Shown here: piece by piece, positions 56,910 through 64,000 of the stretch | Numbering within the stretch: position 1 is the first letter of the stretch | How the letters are laid out: each line of letters opens with the position of its first letter | Assembly (NCBI GenBank): GCA_025456425.1 | Contig: JALOKP010000009.1 | Location: 13,388 to 77,387 of the forward strand | Direction: 5' to 3' | From: Acidobacteriota bacterium | GTDB lineage: Bacteria > Acidobacteriota > Polarisedimenticolia > J045 | DNA: 64,000 bases | Position numbers and translations under genes: made by a program | Notes under the pieces: generated by a model | Seen by the model: only the letters and a program-made list of their open reading frames with translations | The model's database searches: none | What the model was told of the DNA's origin: nothing

Positions 56910-58076
56910 TCAGCCCCGGCCCGCGCGCGCCAGCACCTCGCGGTAGGCGGCTTCGAGCTCGTCGATCATCCGCTCGTGCGTGAACCGCTCCCGCACGAAG
57001 CGCTCGCCTTCCGCCGCCTGCGCGCGCCAGGCCGGCAGGTCGCGCGCCATCGACGCGATCGCCCCGGCCAACGCCGCCGGGTCGCGCGGCGGCACGACGA
57101 GCCCGTACTTTCCGTCGCCCGTCAGCTCGCGCGCGGCCCCCACCTCGGTGGCGACGACCGGGACGCGCGAGGCCAGGGCCTCCTTGATCATCCCCGACGA
57201 GGCGTCGCAGTCCACCGCCGGCAGGACCGCGAGGTCGAGCGCCGCGTAGACCTCCTGCACGTCGTCGCGGTAGCCGAGGAAGTGGACGCGATCGGCCAGT
57301 CCGAGCCGCGCGGCGCGGGTTTCGAGCGCTTCGGTCGCCTCCCCGTCTCCTGCCAGCACGACCGAGAGCCGCGGCCAATCGGGCGCCAGGATCGCCAGCG
57401 CGTCGATCAGGTGCTCCTGCCCCTTGTCGGGGACGAGCCGCGCCACCGTGCCGGCCAGGACGTCGCCCTCCCCCGCCCCGACCTCGCGCCGCACCTTCGC
57501 GCGGTCGGCCGGCCGGGCCGGCGCGGCCATGTCGGCGCGCAGCGGGCTGTGGATCGCCGGGATCCGCGCCTCGTCCAGCGCGCCCGCGGCGATGATGCCG
57601 CGGAAGCGCTCCCTGACCTCCGGCGCGACGACGATCAGTCCGTCGATCCCGCGTCCGAAGAGCCAGCGGTTGACCCGCGTGTCGCGCACGCGCTTGGTGT
57701 TGTGCCGGGTGTAGAGCTGGAGCGGGCGCGCGGCGCTCGGCATCAGGCGGCGCGCCAGCACCGCCGCCCAGGTGTCCTGCGAGCCGTGCGAGTTGACGAT
57801 GTCGGGGGCGAACGCGGCGAACAGGCGCCGCAGCGCCAGCGCGTCCCTGAGCAGCGAGACGGCGTCGCGCTTGGGCCGGAAGCGAACGCCGCCGAAGACG
57901 GCGATCCCGTCGGCGCGCGCCGTCGCGGCCGGCCGGCCGTCGCCCGGCACGGCCAGCATCACCGCGTGCCCGCGGGCCGCAAGGCCCCGGCACTCGGCCA
58001 GCACGCGGTTGATCTGGCCGCCCCACCCGCGGTGGAAATCGGTGTGGAGGACGGTGAGGCGGCCGGCCGCCGGCAT
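56910..58076 (-). CDS. Glycosyltransferase family 4 (GT-B)
   Basis: HTDFHRGWGGQ, VARLVPDKG, FLGYRDDV, EALASRVPVV. Confidence 0.88.
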   Translation of the reverse strand: MPAAGRLTVLHTDFHRGWGGQINRVLAECRGLAARGHAVMLAVPGDGRPAATARADGIAVFGGVRFRPKRDAVSLLRDALALRRLFAAFAPDIVNSHGSQDTWAAVLARRLMPSAARPLQLYTRHNTKRVRDTRVNRWLFGRGIDGLIVVAPEVRERFRGIIAAGALDEARIPAIHSPLRADMAAPARPADRAKVRREVGAGEGDVLAGTVARLVPDKGQEHLIDALAILAPDWPRLSVVLAGDGEATEALETRAARLGLADRVHFLGYRDDVQEVYAALDLAVLPAVDCDASSGMIKEALASRVPVVATEVGAARELTGDGKYGLVVPPRDPAALAGAIASMARDLPAWRAQAAEGERFVRERFTHERMIDELEAAYREVLARAGRG

Positions 58077-59188
58077 CACTTCTCCCAGGGGAGTCCGGGC
58101 TTTCCGAAGTGACCGTAGTTGGTCGTCTTCGTGTAGAGCGGCTGCAGCAGCTTGAGCCGCTCGATGATCGCGTGCGGCCGGAAGTCGAACTTCTCGCGCA
58201 CGAAGGCCGCGGCCTTGTCGGGGTCGCCGGTGCCGAAGGTCTCGACCAGGACCGACATCGGCTGGGCCCGGCCGATCGCGTAGGCGACCTGGATCTCGGC
58301 CCGCCGCGCCAGCCTGTGCTTCACGAGCTGGCGCGCGACGAAGCGGCAGAAGTAGGCGCTGGAGCGGTCGACCTTGGAGGGGTCCTTGCCGGAGAACGCG
58401 CCGCCGCCGTGGCGCGCGAAGCCGCCGTAGGTGTCGACGATGATCTTGCGGCCGGTCACGCCGGCGTCCGCGGTGGGGCCGCCGATCTCGAACGCCCCGG
58501 TCGGGTTCACGAGGTACTCGATCTTCCTGTGGGCCCAGTCGCCCAGCACCTGCGGCGCGAACTGGTCGGCGACCCAGGACTTGATCTCCTTCTGCTTCGT
58601 CCCGCGCGCGTGCTGGGTCGAGACCAGCACCGACTGGACCTCGACCGGCCGGCCGTCCCGGTAGTGCACGGTGACCTGGGTCTTGGCGTCGGGACGCAGC
58701 CACTTCGGCCCGTCGCCGCGCCGCGCCTCGGCCAGCTCGCGCGAGAGCTTGTGGGCCAGCAGGATCGGCAGCGGCATCAGCTCCGGCGTCTCGTCGGTGG
58801 CGTAGCCGAACATGATCCCCTGGTCGCCCGCCCCCTGCTGGTCCGGGTCGGTCCGGTCGACGCCCTGCGCGATGTCGGCCGACTGGCGCGTCATGTGGAG
58901 CTGGACCGAGACGCCGGCCGCATGGAAGGCCTCGCCCGGGTCGGTGTAGCCGATCTTCTCGACCGTGTCGCGCACGAGCTTCTCGAAGTTCAGCTTCGCG
59001 CCGGTCGTGATCTCGCCGCCCAGGATCACCTGGTTGCTCTTGCACATCACCTCGCAGGCCACGCGGCTGTGCTTGTCCCGCCTGAGGCACTCGTCGAGGA
59101 CGGTGTCGGCGATCAGGTCGCAGACCTTGTCGGGGTGGCCCTCGGTGACGGACTCGGAGCTGAACAGGAACTCGTTCGACTTCGCCAT
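58076..59188 (-). CDS. metK: S-adenosylmethionine synthetase
   Basis: SESVTEGHPDK, GAGDQG, GRKIIVDTYGG, GGGAFSGKDPSKVDRS. Confidence 0.98.
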   Translation of the reverse strand: MAKSNEFLFSSESVTEGHPDKVCDLIADTVLDECLRRDKHSRVACEVMCKSNQVILGGEITTGAKLNFEKLVRDTVEKIGYTDPGEAFHAAGVSVQLHMTRQSADIAQGVDRTDPDQQGAGDQGIMFGYATDETPELMPLPILLAHKLSRELAEARRGDGPKWLRPDAKTQVTVHYRDGRPVEVQSVLVSTQHARGTKQKEIKSWVADQFAPQVLGDWAHRKIEYLVNPTGAFEIGGPTADAGVTGRKIIVDTYGGFARHGGGAFSGKDPSKVDRSSAYFCRFVARQLVKHRLARRAEIQVAYAIGRAQPMSVLVETFGTGDPDKAAAFVREKFDFRPHAIIERLKLLQPLYTKTTNYGHFGKPGLPWEK

Positions 59189-59269
59189 GGGTCGCTTCCT
59201 TCTCCCGGGCGGGACGCTCGCCCGCCACTGCTCGCTCGACACCGGGGACCGCGGATCGACGGGACACTT

Positions 59270-59391
59270 GGTTGCCCCGGCCTTCAGGACCGCATCCCCG
59301 CGGCGGCGCCGCTGCGGCCCGCCGCGGGATGGCACCTTGGGTGTCCGCCCAGGTTGCCGGACCCGGCGCCCGCCGGGTCGCTCCCGATGCA
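59270..59391 (-). ncRNA. SAM riboswitch, SAM-I superfamily (SAM-I/IV-like)
   Basis: Minus strand: P1 GCAUC/GAUGC, J1/2 GGGAG, simple P2 hairpin GACCCGGC/GCCGGGUC, P3 GGCAACC...AGGUGCC, and a P4 hairpin; lies in the metK leader. Confidence 0.8.
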
Positions 59392-59501
59392 ACGGCGCAA
59401 GATACCGGACCCGGGCGGCGGCTTCAACACGCGGCCGGGAGGCGCCGGGAACCGCGGGGATCCGCCCGCCGGCGGCGTCCGGAGGGGCCCGGCGGCGGCG
59501 C

Positions 59502-60104
59502 TCAGCAGAGGTTCTGCGTCACGAAGACCTTGCCGCCGGCGGTGATCGCGACGCCGATCCCCTGGCGGTCGAAGCCGCGCTTGAGCAGGTTCTCGCGGTG
59601 CCCCTCGCTCTCCATCCAGCCGTCGACCACCTGCCGCGCGATCTCGTCGACGCTCATCCACTGGTAGGTCCGCGCCCCGCCGGAGCCGAAGGTCACCGAG
59701 GAGAAAACCGCCGACTGGAAGATGTTCTCGCCCAGCCCGTGCGTGAGGTAGGTCCCGCGGTTCTTGCGGCAGGGGTAGCCGGCGTCGATCCCGCGCCGCT
59801 CGGGGTCCTTGCCGTCGGGCGAGACGTGGTCGAAGTAGCGGCGCGCGGCCATGTCCTCGGAGTGGCGGCGCGCGATCTCGGCCAGCTTCGGGTCGGTGGC
59901 CAGCAGCGGCAGGCCGGCGCGCGCGCGCTCCGCGTTGACCCGCTCGGCGATCCGAGCCTCCACCGGCCCGGCCTCGACGCCCGACTGGGCCGCGACGTTG
60001 GTGCCGCCGTCGGACTGCGCCCGCGCGGGCTCGCCCGGCGCGCCCGCCGCGAGCCCGAGCACGAGCGCCAGCAGCCCGGCGGCGGCGCGCTGCGGCCGGG
60101 TCAC
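59502..60104 (-). CDS. CAP (SCP-like) domain secreted protein
   Basis: VNAERARAGL, ARRHSEDMA, YFDHVSP, GENI, WMESEGHRENLL. Confidence 0.9.
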   Translation of the reverse strand: MTRPQRAAAGLLALVLGLAAGAPGEPARAQSDGGTNVAAQSGVEAGPVEARIAERVNAERARAGLPLLATDPKLAEIARRHSEDMAARRYFDHVSPDGKDPERRGIDAGYPCRKNRGTYLTHGLGENIFQSAVFSSVTFGSGGARTYQWMSVDEIARQVVDGWMESEGHRENLLKRGFDRQGIGVAITAGGKVFVTQNLC

Positions 60105-61237
60105 GCGCCGATCCGGGCCGCCGCGGCGCCGCCGCGGAAGTGGCGGCGCGCCCCCTCGAGGTCCTGCGCCCGCCCGAGCACGACGACCGTCTCCCCCGCC
60201 GCGAGCCGGTGCGCGCCCTGCGGGTTGAAGACGACCTCCTCGCTTCCCGGCGGCCGGGCCGCGACGACCAGCAGCCGCCCGTAGCGCCGCACGTCGGCCT
60301 CGGCCAGGGTGCGGCCGTCGACCTCGCTGCCGGACTCGACCACCAGTTCCTCGAAGCGGTAGGGATCGTCCGGCTCGCGCAGCATCGTGTCGATAAAGGT
60401 CACGACGGTCGGACTCAGCATCTCGCCGACCAGCCGCCGCCCGCCGATCGCGGTCGTGTTGACCACCGCGTCGGCGCCGGCCGCGGCCAGCTTGGTCCGC
60501 GCCAGGTCTTCCACCCCCTTGCTGACGATCCGCAGCCGCGGGTTGAGCGCCCGTGCCGAGAGCGTGACGAAGACGTTGTCCTTGTCGTCGGTCAGGGCCG
60601 CGATCAGGCCGGAGGCCCGCTCGATCCCGGCCTCGCGCAGCACCGCGTCGTCGTCGGCCCGGCCGACGACGTAGAGGAAGCCCCCGAGCTGCTGGAACGC
60701 CTGCCGCAGCCGGCCCGCGTCCCTGTCGATCGCGACGAAGGCCGCGCCCATCTCGCGCAGCTCCTCGACGCAGTGCAGCCCGGTCGAGCCGACCCCGCAG
60801 ACGATGACGTGCCCGCTCAGGGCGGCGATGTCGCGATCCATGCGGCGCCTCCGGAAGACGTCGGCGAACAGGCCGTCGACGATCAGGGCGGTCGAGTTGG
60901 TGATCAGGAAGGCCGGGACGGCGACCCCCACGACGGCCAGAACCATCGTGAAGATCGTCGCCAGCGGCAGTCCCTTGATGTCGAGCCAGTCGCCGTAGCC
61001 GATCGTCGAGAGCGTGATCACGGTCATGAACAGGCAGTTGAGGAGCGTCCACTGCTCCCGCCCGTGGTAAAGGCCGATCGCGTAGTAGACGAGAGTCGAG
61101 AACAGGATCACCGCGACCAGGACCAGCGCCCCCAGCCGGACCAGGCGCAGCGGCTCGTAGCGGGAGGGGCGGAGCCGGGAGGGGCGCCGGGCGCGGGACC
61201 CGTGTCGCGCGGCCCCGGTGAAGAGCGGCGTCGGCAT
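60101..61237 (-). CDS. Potassium channel protein with TrkA-N/TrkA-C (RCK) domains
   Basis: Pore TLSTIGYGD, VCGVGSTG, DKDNV, C-terminal RCK_C. Confidence 0.92.
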   Translation of the reverse strand: MPTPLFTGAARHGSRARRPSRLRPSRYEPLRLVRLGALVLVAVILFSTLVYYAIGLYHGREQWTLLNCLFMTVITLSTIGYGDWLDIKGLPLATIFTMVLAVVGVAVPAFLITNSTALIVDGLFADVFRRRRMDRDIAALSGHVIVCGVGSTGLHCVEELREMGAAFVAIDRDAGRLRQAFQQLGGFLYVVGRADDDAVLREAGIERASGLIAALTDDKDNVFVTLSARALNPRLRIVSKGVEDLARTKLAAAGADAVVNTTAIGGRRLVGEMLSPTVVTFIDTMLREPDDPYRFEELVVESGSEVDGRTLAEADVRRYGRLLVVAARPPGSEEVVFNPQGAHRLAAGETVVVLGRAQDLEGARRHFRGGAAAARIGA

Positions 61238-61441
61238 CGGGGCGATTCTACCCGCGTGGCCCGACCGGGACGGTGACGCCGGAAGCTCCCGTCCCAGGCG
61301 GGTTTCGCGTGTCCGCAGTTGTTCCTGACTGTTTGGGCGGTTCGTTCGAACGGTCCCGGCCCGAAATTCGCCTCGCCCCGCAACCCCCCTCGGCGGACAT
61401 TACCGGCGTCCGGGGAACGCTCTTGGGGGGCGGGAGTACCG

Positions 61442-61591
61442 GTGATCATCACGATCGTTTGCCACTGCGGTCACCACAACCAGGTTCCCGACGAGCAGCT
61501 CGAGGTGGCGCACTGCCTGCGCTGCTTCCGCCTGCTGCTGCCGGTGTCGCGGCTCGCGCCTGCCGCCGTGTCCGTCGCCGCGCGCCCCTGA
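61442..61591 (+). CDS. Small Cys-rich zinc-ribbon-like protein (49 aa)
   Basis: GGGAG RBS then GTG; IVCHCGHHN...AHCLRC. Confidence 0.55.
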   Translation: MIITIVCHCGHHNQVPDEQLEVAHCLRCFRLLLPVSRLAPAAVSVAARP

Positions 61592-61649
61592 GGCGCACGC
61601 CCCGGGCCCCCGTGGCGCCCGGGGTCCCGGGTGCGCACAATCGTCGGCG

Positions 61650-63335
61650 GTGAACGGACCGCCGAAAGACCTCGTCGCCCGCCGTGACCGCCTGCTGGCC
61701 CTGCCGCCGCTCGCGCGGATAGAAGCGATCGAGTCGGCCCGCGACCCGCGCGAACTGGTCCGGGCGCTCCCCGCCCAGGACCTCTTCCTGACGCTGGCCG
61801 AGGCGGGGATCAACGACGCGCTGGTCCTGCTCGAGCACGCGAGTGTCCCGCAGCTCGAGTTCCTTTTCGACCTGGGGGCCTGGGACCGGGACGCCTTCGA
61901 CCCCGCGCGATTCGCCCGCTGGATCGGCGCGGTCGCGGTCGCCAACCCGGACCGGGTCGCCCGCTGGCTCTCCGAGGGGGACGAGGCGGCCGTGCTGCTG
62001 GCGCTGGGCCGCGTCTTCCAGGTCTTCAAGCTCGACGAGTCGAGCGAGCCCGCCTTCTGGCCGCCGGACCGGCCCGTCCCGACGCTCGACGGGACCTACT
62101 ACCTCGAGGCCCGCGACGACGTGCCGGAAGAGGCCGCGGCCGCGCTGTGGGAGGCGCTGGCGCGGCTGCGCTCGACCGATTCCCAGGCCTACGAGGCGCT
62201 CCTGGAGCAGGTGCTGTGGGCGGTCCCGGCCGAGCGCGAGGAGGAGGCCTACGAGCGCCGCGCCTCGCGCCTGGCGGAGAAGGGGTTCCCGCCGTTCGAC
62301 GAGGCGATCGAGGCCTGGGCTGCGGGGCCCGCCGCCGACCCGGAGTTCCGGCGCGAGGCCTCGCGTCGCGCGCTGGTCGCGGCGTCGGCCCGGCAGCTCG
62401 CGTCCGGCCCGCCCGACGCCGGCGCCGGGCGCCACCTCCCCGCCCCGCTCGACGACGCCGGTCGCGCGCTGGCGCAGGCCGTTGCCGGGCTCGACCCGGC
62501 CGAGCAGCGCCGCGTGCTGTCCGACCTGCTGCGCCTCGGCAACCGCTTCGCGGTCGCCGGCCTGGGCGACCTGGCCGAGCTGGAGACGCACCGCGAGGGG
62601 CTGCGGATCGCGCTCTCGCACGCCGCGCTCGGCCTGCACGAGCTGGGCGGTGCGCGCGCCGCGGCGCTGGGGCCGGCGCTGCTGGCGACGGTCCCCGTGC
62701 CGGACCTGGTGCGCGCCGGCACCGGCGCGGTGATGCAGCGCGCGGAGCGCGCGCGGCGGCTGGACGCGGGCTGGCTGGCGCGCGTCGCAGGCGGGCGCGA
62801 GCGGCTCGATCCCGAGAGCGAAGAGCTGCTGAACGCCCTGCTGCTGCCGCGTCCCGCCTTCGGCGCCCCCGGCGTCGCACCGCGCCCCTTCCGCCACCCC
62901 GACGACCTCGCGGCGGCGGACGAAGCGCTCGACGCGATCGAGGCGCTCGGCTCGTTCGTCGAGCAGCGCCTCGGCGTCGGCGCGGACGGGCGCTGGCCCG
63001 AACTCGACCCGCTCCCGGCGGCGCGCGGCGGTCCGCTCGATCTCGACTGGCCTGCCGTGGCGCTAACCGCGATCGCGCGCGCCGCGCTGGGAGGCCCGCC
63101 CCGCCCGGCGCCGCTCGACCCGGGCGAAGCGCGCCGCGCGCTGGAGCGGCTGCTCGAGGGGGAGGACCCGCGCCGCCCCGCACCGCGACTGTTCGCGCTC
63201 GCGGCGGAACTGGGACTGGAGCCGGCCGCGGCCCACCTGGCGCGGCGGCTGGCGGACGAGCTGAGCGAGCTGCCGCCCGGCGAGGCGCCGGACCCGCGTT
63301 TCGTGCGGTCCCTGCTGCTGCGGTGGGAGGACTGA
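61650..63335 (+). CDS. Conserved hypothetical protein (DUF6178-like)
   Basis: ELVRALPAQDLF, QLEFLFDLGAW, EEEAYERRASRLAEKGFP pattern. Confidence 0.7.
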   Translation: MNGPPKDLVARRDRLLALPPLARIEAIESARDPRELVRALPAQDLFLTLAEAGINDALVLLEHASVPQLEFLFDLGAWDRDAFDPARFARWIGAVAVANPDRVARWLSEGDEAAVLLALGRVFQVFKLDESSEPAFWPPDRPVPTLDGTYYLEARDDVPEEAAAALWEALARLRSTDSQAYEALLEQVLWAVPAEREEEAYERRASRLAEKGFPPFDEAIEAWAAGPAADPEFRREASRRALVAASARQLASGPPDAGAGRHLPAPLDDAGRALAQAVAGLDPAEQRRVLSDLLRLGNRFAVAGLGDLAELETHREGLRIALSHAALGLHELGGARAAALGPALLATVPVPDLVRAGTGAVMQRAERARRLDAGWLARVAGGRERLDPESEELLNALLLPRPAFGAPGVAPRPFRHPDDLAAADEALDAIEALGSFVEQRLGVGADGRWPELDPLPAARGGPLDLDWPAVALTAIARAALGGPPRPAPLDPGEARRALERLLEGEDPRRPAPRLFALAAELGLEPAAAHLARRLADELSELPPGEAPDPRFVRSLLLRWED

Positions 63336-63345
63336 AGACGGAAGC

Positions 63346-63420
63346 TGGAGGCGCCGGTCGGAATCGAACCGACGAATAAGGGTTTTGCAGACCCTCGCCT
63401 TACCACTTGGCTACGGCGCC
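63346..63420 (-). tRNA. tRNA-Cys (GCA) with encoded CCA
   Basis: GGCGCCGTAGCCAAGTGGTAAGGCGAGGGTCTGCAAAACCCTTATTCGTCGGTTCGATTCCGACCGGCGCCTCCA. Confidence 0.97.
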
Positions 63421-63422
63421 GA

Positions 63423-64000
63423 ATTCGGAAAGCGGAGGATAATCCCTGCACGATCGTCATCTTCGGTGCCAGCGGCGACCTGTCGAAGCGCAAGCTCCTC
63501 CCCTCCCTCTACTACCTGTTTCGGCAGGGGCTGCTGCCCGAGGCGACCCGGATCTTGGGCATGGCCCGCGAGACGGGAGGGCGGGAGGCGGTCGCGGCCG
63601 GGCTCGAGCAGTCGATTCGGACCCACGCCGGGCCGCTGTTCGACCCGGAGACGTTCGCGCGCTTCGCCGAGCGGGTGACCTACCTCGGCGGGAACTTCGA
63701 CCACCCGCTGACCTTCGACCTGCTCCGGTCGGAACTCCATCGGATCGAGCAGGGGGGCGGAACGCACGGGAACCGTCTGTTCTACCTGTCGGTCCCGCCC
63801 GGGGTCGTGCTCGGGATCCTCGACCAGCTCACGGCGCGGGGCCTGCTGCGTCGCGAGGGCGGCGGCTGGAAGCGGGTCGTGCTGGAGAAACCCTACGGCA
63901 CCGACCTGGCCTCGGCCCGGGCGCTCGACGCCCAGGTCCACCGCCACCTCGACGAGCGCCAGGTCTACCGGATCGACCACTACCTGGGGAAGGAGACGGT
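63423..64000 (+). CDS. zwf: Glucose-6-phosphate 1-dehydrogenase, partial (runs off window; no canonical start seen)
   Basis: PCTIVIFGASGDLSKRKLLPSL, RLFYLSVPP, VLEKPYG and YRIDHYLGKE all lie in one frame. Confidence 0.9.
   Translation, partial: MRKAEDNPCTIVIFGASGDLSKRKLLPSLYYLFRQGLLPEATRILGMARETGGREAVAAGLEQSIRTHAGPLFDPETFARFAERVTYLGGNFDHPLTFDLLRSELHRIEQGGGTHGNRLFYLSVPPGVVLGILDQLTARGLLRREGGGWKRVVLEKPYGTDLASARALDAQVHRHLDERQVYRIDHYLGKET

Noticed and set aside
63346-63420. tRNA-Cys as an integration site of a genomic island
   Set aside because: No integrase, no duplicated tRNA 3' end and no compositional break were seen next to it.

Overview
A very GC-rich bacterial chromosomal segment of about 60 genes. 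An Acidobacteriota-like or delta/myxobacterial lineage is plausible but only inferred. No transposase, integrase, prophage or CRISPR array was seen. Most of the window is housekeeping or envelope genes: CoA transferase, mpg, acyl-CoA dehydrogenase, patatin/beta-barrel protein, DUF3300/DUF2950, a MacAB-like ABC system, M48 peptidase, DedA, PabB-PabC fusion, amidohydrolases, gnd, metK with a SAM-I/IV-type riboswitch, a K+ channel, tRNA-Cys and the 5' part of zwf. The standout locus is 29.5-37.7 kb. Its centre is a monocistronic gene with a sigma-54 promoter, a palindromic upstream activator site and an intrinsic terminator. That gene encodes a 40-aa leader followed by about 23 hexapeptide repeats, 13 of them perfect SALASK. 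On one side lies an MFP + PrsK/PrsR-like two-component operon. On the other lies a convergent operon encoding a PqqD/RRE-like + M50 peptidase + MFP fusion and a triple-GAF + MFP fusion. There are three membrane fusion proteins but no ABC/RND pump or TolC, which suggests an uncharacterised leader-dependent processing/export system for a repetitive protein. Other notable items: a lipoprotein carrying a CdiA-CT-like (Kp342-type) RNase domain with a coupled candidate immunity gene, a minor-pilin operon with giant PilW/PilX subunits, a DksA/TraR-zinc-finger PP2C fusion, a cytochrome c/PHM-like copper monooxygenase/TPR protein, and several genes with apparent internal deletions (decay or assembly error).
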